This document shows, one piece after another, positions 38,953-52,496 of a DNA stretch of 64,000 nt. Position 1 is the stretch's first letter; each line of letters starts with the position of its first letter. The stretch comes from Octopus sinensis. Lineage: Eukaryota. The position numbers and the translations under genes were made by a program. Below the pieces are notes generated by a model that ran no database searches, had not been told where the DNA came from, and saw nothing but the letters and a program-made list of their open reading frames with translations. Location of the stretch: assembly GCF_006345805.1 (NCBI RefSeq), contig NW_021834475.1, positions 9,262 through 73,261 on the forward strand, read 5' to 3'.

Positions 38953-41900
38953 TAATGATAATAATAATAATAATGATAATAAAAATAATAATGATAATAA
39001 TAATGATGATAATGATGATGATGATGATGATAATGATGATGATGATGATGATGATGATAATAATAATAATAACAACAACAACAACAACTATGATAGTAAT
39101 TTTTTCCGATTTTTTCGACCCTAGTACTCGACTGGTACTTTAATCTACCTTCCCAGAAAGGTGAGAGGCAAAGCTGAACCCCGGAGTAAGAAGTCAACTT
39201 TTCCTTGCATCCCTTCAGGGTCGATAAATTCAATTAGAAGTCAAGTATTGCGGTCCATGGTTTCGACTAACCCCTTCTCCCTAAAAATTGCAGGGCTTGT
39301 ACCAAAACATGAAACAACAACTGCAATAATATTTGCTGCTTTATTAGATAGAAAGGGTTCAAACAGATGCAATAAAATTCAAATAATGTTGGACAGAAAG
39401 CTAGCACTGACAAGTGGAGTGGTCTCGATGTTTAATATAAAGGCGGCGGGAATTATGGAAAATGTTATAGAAAATACAGTTTGACGAATTAAAATTTGAT
39501 TTCACATTATTTGTCATCATCTGAAAATAAAGCATTGGTCAAATGAAAGAATGCAAGGACGAAAAACGCCAACATTAGATGTAGTATTTATTGACGTTGA
39601 AAGAATTCGAATAGAGCTGCAGCCTGGGCGGTTACTGGATGAAATCTATTTAAGGTTGTTTGTAATGTTTCATATAAAACAAAATACATACTACTGGGTA
39701 AAATGTGTTGTCACTTACCTTACAAGCAGGTAATTTTTTTGAGGCATACGGTTGCATCCCAACAAGAAAGATCAAAGTAGTGATAGCCAAAGAAACGCAC
39801 AAGTTTATTAAAATCTTTGAAGCCATTAATTTCCATAGATTTCTGAAATGATTGAATAAAGAATAACATTTCATTCAATGAAACACAGGTACAAAATAAA
39901 ACTCTCAGTACATAGATAATAACTACAACTGTGTGTATAGGTAACTTACAAACTACATGGTTCTGGGTTCAGTCCCAATGCGTGGCACCTTGGGCAAGTG
40001 TATTCTACTATAGCTGTGGGCCGACCAAAGCCTTCTGAGTGTATTTGGTAGACGGAAACTGAAAGAAGCCCCTCTTATATATGTAAATGTATGTATATAT
40101 ATATGTTTCTATGTGTGTATATAAGTGTGTCTGTGTTTGTCCCCCCAGCATCGCCTGATACTCGATGCTGGTGTGTTTACGTCCCCGTAACTTAGCGGTT
40201 CGGCAAAACAGAGCGATAGAATAACTACTAAGCTCGCAAAGAATAAGTCCTGGGTTCAGTTTGCTCCACTAATTGCGGTGCTCCAGCATGGCCGCAATCA
40301 AAATGACTGAAACAAGTATAAGAGTATTAACGTTAAGTTAAATTTGTATATTCTTTTATATTTTTACTTCTTTCAGTCCCTTGACTGCGGCAATGCTGGA
40401 GCCTCATCTTTAGTCGAACAAATCGAGCCTAATACTTAAATTATTGGTTTCTCTTGCCGAACCGTTAAGTTACGGGGACCTAACACACCAGCATCGATTG
40501 TCAAGCGATGGTGGGGGACAAACATACACACACAAACACATACATACATATATACATAAATATAAATCTATGACGGGCTTCTTTCAGTTTCCGTCTCTTG
40601 TGTCTGCCAAATCCACTCACAAGGCCTTGGCCGACCCGAGGCTACAGTAATTCAATGGAACTGAACCCAGAACCGAGTGGTTGTGAAGCAAGCTTCTTAC
40701 CACACAGCCACTCCTGCGCCTATGTGTATATAGTATTTGTATACTCTTTTACTTGTTTCAGTCATTTGACTGCGGCCATGCAGGAGCACCGCCTTTTGTC
40801 GTGCAAATCGACCCCGGGACTTATTCTTTGTAAGCCCAGTACTTATTCTATCGGTCTCTTTTTGCCGAACCGCTAAGTGACGGGGATGTAAACACACCAG
40901 CATCGGTTGTCAAGCAAACACAGACAAACAGATACATACATATATATATACATATATACGACAGGCTTCTTTCAGTTTCCATCTACCAAATCCACTCACA
41001 AGGCATTGGTCGGCCCGGGGCTATAGCAGAAGACACTTGCCCAAGATGCCACGCAGTGGAACTGAACCCGGAACCATGTGGTTGGTTAGCAAGCTATTTA
41101 CCACACAGCCACTCCTGCGTATGTGGAAGTAATTTTAAAATATGCGTATAATGATTCGTATGAGGTATAAAAACATTATTTGTATATTGCTTCTTTCACT
41201 CATAGAATCGGTTTCATTGGTTAGAATAGGAATTCCTTGCAGTGAAGGAACACGTGATGATACGTTGAACGTAGAATGGAACGTTGCACACAAACACATT
41301 TACTCTTTACTCCTACTCTTTACTCTTACTCTTTCTTTACTCTTTTACTTATTTCAGCCATTTGACTGCGGCCATGCTGGAGCACCGCCTTTTAGTCGAG
41401 CACATCGATCCCAGGACTTATTCTTTTGTAAGCCTAGCACTTATTCTATCGGCCTCTTTTTGCCGAACCGCTAAGTTACGGGGACGTAATCACACCAGCA
41501 TCGGTTGTCAAGCGATGTGGGGGGGGGGGGACAAACACAGACACACAAACACACACATACATATACACACACATATATATATACATACGACAGGCTTCTT
41601 TCAGTTTCCGCCTACCAAATCCACTCACAAGGCTTTGTTCGGCCCGAGGTTATAGTAGAAGACATTTGCCCAAGGTGCCACGCAGTGGGACTGAACCCGC
41701 AATCATGTAGTTCGTAAACAAGCTACTTACCACACAGCCACTCCTACGCCTATATGTAATATACGTAGTTGGTTCATTAACAATAACGCTATGTACGATA
41801 TCCACTTTTTTCAGTCTACACTGTATTCAATATTTAATATTGTTAATATCCAGTCGTTACGTAGAATGATTTCTTGGACAAAAAAGGAAAGGGCCATCTG

Positions 41901-44900
41901 CATTGATTAAAATTCTGTGTTGGGATTTCATGGTATCTTCTTTACTCTAACCGGAAATGCAGTTTATAAACCATCTACTGCTAAAGGTTCAAGGAAATCT
42001 CCTCGGCGAATTTGCACATAGAGCCATTTTTGGGAAGTTAATTAAACAACACACACACACACAGTTATACACACATGTGTGTTTCTGTGTGTATATGTGT
42101 GTATGTGGAGGCGCAATGGCCCAGTGGTTAGGGCAGCGGACTCGCGGTCGTAGGATCGCGGTTTCGATTCCCAGACAGGGTGTTGTGGGTGTTTATTGAG
42201 CGAAAACACCTAAAAAGCTCCACGAGGCTCCGGCAGGGATGGTGGTGATCCCTGCTGTACTCTTTCACCACAACTTTCTCTCACTCTTACTTCCTGTTTC
42301 TGTATTTTCAAAGGGCCGGCCTTGTCACTCTCTGTGTCACGCTGAATATCCCCAAGAACTGCGTTAAGGGTACACGTGTCTGTGGAGTGCTCAGCCACTT
42401 ACACGTTAATTTCACGAGCAGGCTGTTCCGTTGATCGGATCAACCGGAACCCTCGTCGTCGTAACCGACGGAGTGCTTGCGCATATGTGTGTATGTGTGT
42501 GTTCATGTGTGTGTGAGAGAGAAAGTGACAGAGAGAGGGGGAGTGGGGGTGTCTCATGACACCAGCACCCACATGATAGCAGCGCCCCCTCAGTCTTCTC
42601 TTTCTTTTTTTTATCATCCTTCCTGTGGGTAAAAAAAATGCCCCTCCCCCCAAATTTGTTCAATCGGAAATTTTGATTCCAGAATATTGTCATAAGAGCG
42701 ACAACATTCTGGAATTCTCTCTTCATCCATGGTTTTTCCTGCACACAGCAACCACATCGATCGGACCAATCCGTAAGAACTCTACGAACTGACGGATGTT
42801 GCTTCTCCGTATTTAAACAGTTTATGAAAGAAAATAGAAACTGAAATTCTTACTTGCAACAAACATGAATTATTATTGTAAGAATGAGGCAGATAAATGA
42901 TATTCCGCAGCCAATGTAAGATGTCATAGATAAGAGGTGACTAGTTTCCCCCGATTTCTGGTAGACATTCTGCAACAGAAACAAACAACAACGTATTATC
43001 TCCTTTTCCCATTCCTTCCTATGTCGGTCAATAATTATATAAATTATGAGTGTATAAAGTGTTGATGTAGAATGTTGCGTATGTGTAAGCTGCATTAATG
43101 ACAATATTAATAATGGGCCGTCTTCCACTGCATGTTGGATGAGAGACAGTTTCACCGAATTCATTATGTATATATGGGATGTGTAACTAAAAGTATGAGA
43201 TGTACCACCAACTCATAGATTTTTAGTTCAAATTCAATTAAGATGGCTTCGTATATTTTATCAGTCCAGCTAACTGAGGTTGCTTCACTTAAACCATATC
43301 TCACCTGAGATAGACCGATGTCATTTCTTTCTCATTCCTTTAACACAAAGTAGATTAAGATCAATATTCCACCAGCAGACCTTGATGCTGCATGATTCAG
43401 TTTCCTTTGCATAAAGCAATATTCTTTAACAAGAGGATGTGTCCACTTCAGATGTTTTGGCCATGGATACTATAGATTATGAGTCATGACAAAATAGATA
43501 TGACAGCATTTTCGATAGGTTGTTCGTCTCATTTTGGGTCAATATATAACATGGAATATGTGAAAAATGAATATTTAGATAGAGGAAGAAATGGGAAATT
43601 GAAATTATTTTCGTAACGAAGAATTAGAGAAATGAAAACATTAATAAAGACAACAAGTGAATTGATTCTGTAATGTTTCTGATAAAAACTGACAAAGATA
43701 GACGCAATATCAGTGACCTGACGATTTAATCTCGATCCTTGTGGCGTCGGTGATATTGGAAACTGGTATGGAGTGAACTAGCAGTTTGAATTAATTCAAA
43801 AATCATGTAGCTACAATATGTGCCATAGATAGGTGCATATGTTATTTTGTGGGCGGCAGAAGTGTTATATAAGTAACAAGTGGTGGATACATGTGTATTA
43901 TGGATGTAAATACACAAGGGACCTTCTAGGGACCTGGCTGAATCTTTAGGGCACCGGAATTAATAAGATCCTGAGATATTTTTAGTCAGAAAACAGCACA
44001 GCTCCCATGACTTTAGGAAACATTTTTTCACGCTGAGAGTTGCTGAAGCATGGAACAAACTGCCGGCATCAGTTGTTAGTTGTCGGAGCACTGCATCCTT
44101 CAAAACCTCCATGCTTTCTGAGATTCGCCAACACTACACCTGATTTTCTCCCCCTCCATACACACGCTGAAGCATGGAACAAACTGCCAGCATCAGTTGT
44201 TAGTTGTCGGAGCACTGCATCCTTCAAAACTTCCATGCTTTCTGAGATTCGCCAACACTACACCTGACTTTCTCCCCTCCATACACACGCTGAAGCATGG
44301 AACAAACTGCCAGCATCAGTTGTTAGTTGTCGGAGCACTGCATCCTTCAAAACTTCCATGCTTTCTGAGATTCGCCAACACTACACCTGACTTTCTCCCC
44401 CTCCATACACACGCTGAAGCATGGAACAAACTGCCAGCACCAGTTGTTAGTTGTCGGAGCACTGCATCCTTCAAAACCTCCATGCTTTCTGAGATTCGCC
44501 AACACTACACCTGACTTTCTCCCCTCCATACACAAGCTGAAGCATGGAACAAACTGCCGCATCAGTTGTTAGTTGTCGGAGCACTGCATCCTTCAAAACT
44601 TCCATGCTTTCTGAGATTCGCCAACACTACACCTGACTTTCTCCCCTCCATACACACGCTGAAGCATGGAACAAACTGCCAGCATCAGTTGTTAGTTGTC
44701 GGAGCACTGCATCCTTCAAAACTTCCATGCTTTCTGAGATTCGCCAACACTACACCTGACTTTCTCCCCCTCCATACACACGCTGAAGCATGGAACAAAC
44801 TGCCAGCACCAGTTGTTAGTTGTCGGAGCACTGCATCCTTCAAAACCTCCATGCTTTCTGAGATTCGCCAACACTACACCTGGCTTTCTCCCCTCCATAC

Positions 44901-47380
44901 ACAAGCTGAAGCATGGAACAAACTGCCGGCATCAGTTGTTAGTTGTCGGAGCACTGCATCCTTCAAAACTTCCATGCTTTCTGAAATTCGCCAACACTAC
45001 ACCTGACTTTCTCCCCTCCATACACACGCTGAAGCATGGAACAAACTGCCAGCACCAGTTGTTAGTTGTCGGAGCACTGCATCCTTCAAAACCTCCATGC
45101 TTTCTGAGATTCGCCAACACTACACCTGACTTTCTCCCCTCCATACACACGCTGAAGCATGGAACAAACTGCCGGCATCAGTTGTTAGTTGTTGGAGCAC
45201 TGCATCCTTCAAAACTTCCATGCTTTCTGAATTCGCCAACACTACACCTGACTTTCTCCCCTCCATACACACGCTGAAGCATGGAACAAACTGCCGGCAT
45301 CAGTTGTTAGTTGTCGGAGCACTGCATCCTTCAAAACTTCCATGCTTTCTGAGATTCGCCAACACTACACCTGACTTTCTCCCCCTCCATACACACGCAA
45401 GCATGTATCTGACTCATTCACTGTTCGCTTTCCAGACATTTGTACATTACTGCATATACTCTATACGCACTTTCTGACAAGTTGTGGTGCACCAGAGCAC
45501 TGTATACAATAATTTCATTATTATTTATATATAAAAAAGCATCATTTGAAGAAACCTCATAAAAATAAGGAGAGTCCATATAAGAGAATCATGAAAAGAC
45601 CAAGGGTTTAATATCTAAGCTGCCAACATGTTTATTGAGCTACGGAGGGTCATCATATCTTAAATACATCTCTATCAACTAGACGACCATTCAGGTGGTT
45701 TCAACATAACAGATTTTTACAGTCAGGACAGGTGACCATCTCTCTCGATTCCTCTTCACTTCAATGCTGGAGGAATTCTCATTTATTTTGTTGAGGATGA
45801 TAAAGCACCATCTTAATTTTAAACTAATAAACAGCAACCATAGCAACAACAATAATAGTGAATTATTATAAAATTTCAACCTCATATATTTGCTATTAAA
45901 CTAACATATTTACCAAAATATCCACCAACAGAGTGTCTGGTGTGCGTTAAAATTATTTATACATAGACATAAGCAGCTCAATTAGAGGTAATTAACAGGT
46001 TGTCATAATCTTACTAACCATTAATAGGGCAAAACTTGTCAGATGGTTACAAGAACAAAGTACTTTCTTTCCAGGTACATACTCGGACATATTACAGCCT
46101 TCTGTCGACCATTTGGGATCCTGTCCGGGAGATTCATCCCAAAAGACACACCGTGGGTTGGTGGCATCCTGAAAAACATATTCTGGTAATTTAATCATGA
46201 AATAAATCTTAACTAATTTCATTAACAAAACATCAAAATAAATTATGGTCGACAATGTTTGATTACAGATTGACAGATGACGGCATCCTTTAGAGAATGC
46301 GAGGGCTGAGACTACGCGCCTTCATTGGTCAGTTAAAGTTGAGACAGTGTCACGTGATAACTTTCTGGAGATGCCTGCTGGAGCCTAGCAACAGGTATTT
46401 AAAGGAAAAAAATTGACAAGACAATCAGTCGCCCGCTGAGACTCGTTGACGCTACATCGAAGAGGCGAGGGAACAGAAGAAAGAAGACATGCACCCAACA
46501 CCAGACCTGAAGACACCTTCGAAAGGGGGGCCCCGCCACCTCAAAATGGTTGAAGAGTAGGGGCCGAAACTGGACAGGGTTCATCCTGATGATGTCTTGA
46601 GCTAATTGGATACTATAAAGGAGCTGTTGTTGTCGCAGGCCACGATACACGGTTGACATTCCCATTGGCATTTTGAATCCGACATCACCGTCTGTGACAT
46701 AGCTTAACTGACTCTTTCATCTCGTTTATAAATCTATGTATATTCACGTAATTTACACCCCTCGCCTCTAAATGTAGAAGACATTGGATAGTGCAGTTCT
46801 AGAAATATATCATGATAATTAATTGGATAAAATATTCATGGATTAACTGGGCCAGGAATGGCATGAAAATAAACAGCAACAAGAGCCACAATATGAGACC
46901 CCAAAGTAATTCACTCTTAAAATACACGGACACAATAAAATGAAGCTAATACAGAAATATATTAAAAGGTTTCGTTGGTGATACGAGAATACGATACAAA
47001 CAACCTGAGGCATATTTTGGAATGAAATAAAGAATATCTCCGTCATCACGCAATGTTTACATTATAAAACATACAAGTTGAAACTCACAACACAGTAACA
47101 ACTACAGCAATAACTACTATTGCTACTACTACCACCATGTTTTTTCGGGGAAACAAGAGATATGGCCTCGAAATGAAACATTAACAACACAAAACAACAG
47201 TTATAGGTGCAGGAGTGGCTGTGTGGTAAGTAGCTTGCTAACCAACCACATGGTTCCGGGTTCAGTCCCACTGCATGGCATCTTGGACAAGTGTCTTCTG
47301 CTATAGCCCCGGGCCGACCAATGCCTTGTGAGTGGATTTGGTAGACGGAAACTGAAAGAAGCCTGTCGTATATATGTATG

Positions 47381-47414
<34 letters not shown>

Positions 47415-47420
47415 TATATG

Positions 47421-47472
<52 letters not shown>

Positions 47473-48557
47473 GTATGTGTGTGTGTGTGTGTGTGTTGTT
47501 TGTCCCCCTAGCATTGCTTGACAACCGATGCTGGTGTGTTACGTCCCCGTCACCTAGCGGTTCGGCAACAGAGTCCGATAGAATAAGTACTGGGCTTACA
47601 AAGAATAAGTCTCGAGGTCGATTTGCTCAACTAAAGGCGGTGCTCCAGCATGGCCGCAGTCAAATGACTGAAACAAGTAAAAGAGAAAAGAGTATAATAA
47701 ATCGATAGCATTTACCTGATCTATTGGTCCGAATGAGATATTAACTGGTTCATCGAGGCTGGTTATTTGAATGTTAGGAACATCTGCGGCAATAATGTGA
47801 CTGTTAATTTTAGTATTGCTTTGGTCCTGGAGTGTTGTATTACCTGTAAAGAGGTGACATTAATTAAACTAATTTATTCAATAGAAGTGATTAATACGGG
47901 GCGGAATCAAAAAAGTCCCCCGACTATTTCTGTAGCACACCAGCAGCTGGCAGCACTTGGTTGCATGTGCAGTAAGAGCTAGCAGTGGCCTTCATGAGGC
48001 AGTGTTCCGAGTGACATCGCTGTGTTTAGTTCGCAAGTTGTGAAACTTCTATACTTGCGATCACGTGTATGGTGTAGTCTGCGTTTTTGTCATAGACAGG
48101 AACAAACAACCAAAGCGAAATTTTTCCTTAAACTTGCGACTTCTGCTATAGAAAGACTGAGCATGCTTCGGAAAGCTCACGGGAGCGAAGCAATGGGTCA
48201 TACGAAATGTCCCAAGTAGCACGAGCGCTTCAAAAGCGTAAGAACCTCGCTGGAAGACGATGTTCAATCTCACTGAATAGCATATTGTGAAGGTGACTTC
48301 TACCACAGCTCTGGTTGACAAAATAATTGTCAGATGAATTTAGTATTTGAAATCATTGAAGAACCCGCTTATGAGTATCCGAGAAGCTAAGCCGCATCTT
48401 ACCAATCTGCTTAGAAATTTGTAAGTGATCAGTAAAAAAGTTCAAAATTTCTTCTCAAGTTTAAAATATGAATCTGTTTCTCTTATTTACATTCCAAATA
48501 TGGGACCTTGTATCATTTTGAGAAACCAGTTCCTTCCTCAAAGGAAGGATATTCAAA

Positions 48558-48632
<75 letters not shown>

Positions 48633-48698
48633 AACACACACACGCACGTACATATATATATATGCGCATATTTATATATATACACACACATATATATA

Positions 48699-48770
<72 letters not shown>

Positions 48771-51700
48771 CATATGTTATCTTTGCTGATTTCCATATTA
48801 GAGCAATGATTCTGAATTCACTCATAATGACTAAGGAAGCTAAATCAGTCCAAAACACCGGTGTCTTATAATTCCGTTTTGTCATTTGCTTTGAACACAC
48901 TCAATCTCTTAGCAGAAGTTTCTCCGAGGCCAAATTCAAAACGTCAGCTGTTCTGCGTTTGTATATGTATCCTAAATGATATACGCATACGCATATATTT
49001 ACATGTGTACATATGTATGTATACATAGCCATTTGTAGATGTGGTTTATTAGTATTGTTATCAAGGAGAAAGACAGATTTCCGTTTTGGTTCCATACCCT
49101 ATATAGCTTATCATCCTTCAGGGAGAAAAATGCGATCCTAGAAATTTTTGATCGTTCTTCTTCTTTCAGCTGTTTAAATAAACTCTTTTGTAATGAAATG
49201 AAGTTGCCTGTATCTTCTACTTGTGGGTCTGGATTTGAGTAATTATGGATCTGATGGAAGAAAATGAAAGGAAAAGAAATGAAATTGATAAATAATAAAT
49301 TACTACCACAACTGGATGTTGTCATCATAAGAATTTATAAACTTTTGAGAGAATGCTAAATGATTCTGTTTTGGAATAATGTATTTCGAAATACAAAAAT
49401 AGTGGATTGATTATACTCTGTTAGCTAGAAAACAGTTCCCTAGTCTGCCTTCTAATTTCCTTCCCGAAAGGAGTTTTCAATCTAATATTTCGATATGATT
49501 ATCTATAACAACAACAAAAAACGGAATTATTACTAATATTCTTACTATTGTTGTTGTTGTAACTTCTACTTCTTCCCCAATTACTACATTGTTATACCAT
49601 TACAATTAACAGAAATACTAAAAGTACCATTATCACCCAATGCCTATTTGTTTACTACCCACAAGGGGCTAAACACAGAGAGGAGAAGCAAGGACAGACA
49701 AACGGATTAAATCGCATGTTTCAGGGTCTTTTCCCATCATCGGTCTAGAGTAGCATAAGCCTGTTAGATGCAGGCCTAGCTGTTGGGGGTATTTGTCTCC
49801 CCTTCGTAAATATATAAGGACACAGTAAGTGTGTCGAAGCCGAAAGGAAGCGTCGATGTTTCCTAGGGCTAAACAGCGGTGGTGTAATCCCCTACTGTCA
49901 CGTTAAGTTGATAGTATACAACCATTATATTGTCTCAATATAATTCTGAAATATTTTCTAGTTCTTTTCTTATCTTATTTTAACTGATTGCATCTTTCAT
50001 AACGTTTAGTATACAGATATAATTTCTCCACCCTGTCACTTCCTATCGGCTTTTAAGATTATATCTTTATATATAAAAGTGAAGTTGTGTGTGTGTCTCC
50101 TACGATTTAGATTCCTAACTACTCCCACATTTTGCGGTGCAGTTTAACCAAAACCGGGTATCTTATAGTCGTGATTCATATCGAGCCCTTCTGGGTATTA
50201 GCGCGCGTCTACGATGAGTCTACGATAAAAAAAAAATTACCATCAATTTTTCCCATTTTTAATGCATTTTTTTCGCTATTATATAGGGAAGTAACTCTCT
50301 AAATGTCTACGATGAGTCAACGATTTTAAAAAAGTTTACCATCATATTTTTCCATTTTTAATGCATTTTTTTGCTATTTTTTGGCTATAACTCTCTAAAA
50401 ATGCTTATATAGTTATTTCCCTTACAAACCCGAGCAAAGCCGGGCGATACTGCTAGTATATATATATATTTTAATATATACTGAAATACTCTTTAAATTT
50501 TTTAATATAAAATCTTATTTATTTATTTATTTATTTATTTAAAGAACAAAAGAAATTTACGTATTATTCGTTCCTCATCTTGATGGAAGCTTCCACACCA
50601 CCTGTACCCCTGTCCTCCATTCAATACATTTTCTTCTATCTTCATCGCTACCGTCTACCACTATCATGTTCACGAATCTACCCAATCAGTCATTCTCTCT
50701 CTCTCTCTCTCTCTCTCCATCTTCTTGTAACTTGAGTATACTCCTGACACATCATCTTCACCATTCTTTCTCTATTTTATGCTGTTATAGCCATGTATCT
50801 CCTCTACAGCCAGACACCCGCTCCGGTGCGTCTATCATAATTCAGCCTCTCAGCAATTGGCACAAAGACACCTCCCTCAATGCCGCAGCCCTAATATGTC
50901 AAGGGATCTTCTTTTGCGAATTATATGGTCACCTCACTAATGCTGGTGCCAGGGAAAACACCCAGTACACTCTATAAAGTGTTCGACAGTGAGAAATGCA
51001 TCTATCCACAGGACTTTACCAAAGTAAGCACTGGAGCTCAATTTAGTCTTCATGGTACTCAGATCCTGTCGAACCGTTCAACCCATGTCGATATGGAATA
51101 CAGACGTTAAGTAATGATGATGATGGCGACGACCACGACGAGGATGATAAAAATGATGATGATGATATATTCTTACGTATATCTATACACATATATTATA
51201 TATAAATGTATATACATATATACAGATGAAACAACCATCAACCTACTCTTACACCAGAAAGATAGCGAAGGTAAATTGTACATATATAAGCTCCTGTTAT
51301 GTTAGCTTTAAAGGCGGCGAGCTGGCAGAAAGGTTAGCGCGCCGGGCGAAATGCTTAGTGGTATTTCGTCTGCCGCTACGTTCTGAGTTCGAATTCCGCC
51401 GAGGTCGACTTTGCCTTTCATCCTTTCGGGATCGATAAATTAAGTACCAGTTACGCACTGGGGTCGATGTAATCGACTTAATACCTATATCTGTCCTTGT
51501 TTGTCCCCTCTATGTTTAGCCCCTTGTGGGCAATAAAGAAATAAGAACAGTTAGATCGACGGACAAAATGCAGCATTTCGTCCGCCTTTACGCTCTAAGT
51601 TCAGGTTTTACTGGGAATTGGAGTTGGTGTAGTCAACTAGAAACCTTCCCCAAATCTTTGAGCTTTGTACCTAAATTACAAATGATTATTATTTTAGCTT

Positions 51701-52286
51701 TGTTGCTAATCTGTGCAGTATATATACTGTATTTTGTATTTGGATTGATTGTAATCTGCATCAAGATTTATACCATCGCTACTTTATATGATAATAAAGA
51801 TATTATATTTCACTGTAATGTATTTTATCAATTTGGGTGTTAAGAACAAACGGTTAATAAGAGAGAAATCATGAGAAAGTACTGTACCATTGTCTTTGCT
51901 TCGTTTCTTTATTTCCAAATGAATACCATAGACAGCCCCATTGAACGTGTCCTTATCCACTTTGATAACACCAATACCATATTATGAATATAAACTGTGA
52001 GTTGCTGCTCTTCCAGTGGAATCTCTTCCGGATTGCTTCTATAATGTCCAGCATTCTGTGAGAAAACCAAGATGAAATCTCAACTAAGAGTGTGTTTCGA
52101 ATACGTAATTAGATATAGGTGTAATTACACTAATTATATTGATTAATAAATCTAATTTATGCCTTGTTGCTACTAATGCTTCAACTATTTCTTCTTCTTC
52201 TTCTTCTTCTTCTTCTTCTTCTTCTTCTTCTTCTTCTTCTTCTTCTTCTTCTTCTTCTTCTTCTTCTTCTTCTTCTGCGTCTGCTG

Positions 52287-52344
<58 letters not shown>

Positions 52345-52437
52345 CACTACCACCACCACTACTACTACTACTAACCCCCTCCACCACTACTACTACTACT
52401 ACCACTACCACTACTACTACTACTACTACTACTATTG

Positions 52438-52496
<59 letters not shown>

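Larger units (their letters stand above)
24250..39816. repeat. Right arm of the inverted duplication, with an extra ~2.85 kb Helitron tandem at 25031-27874
   Basis: Reverse complement of 1-12750 apart from the Helitron insert and microsatellite length changes. Confidence 0.93.

Noticed and set aside
42677-42716. 15-bp stem hairpin as a pre-miRNA
   Set aside because: Pairing does not extend; too short for a canonical precursor.
43180-43500. Possible further mariner remnant (PYSP-like text)
   Set aside because: Too degenerate to support without an alignment.
44030-45400. CRISPR-like appearance of the regular array (also the 14- and 16-bp arrays)
   Set aside because: No unique spacers, no cas genes, eukaryotic context; the unit is LINE-derived.
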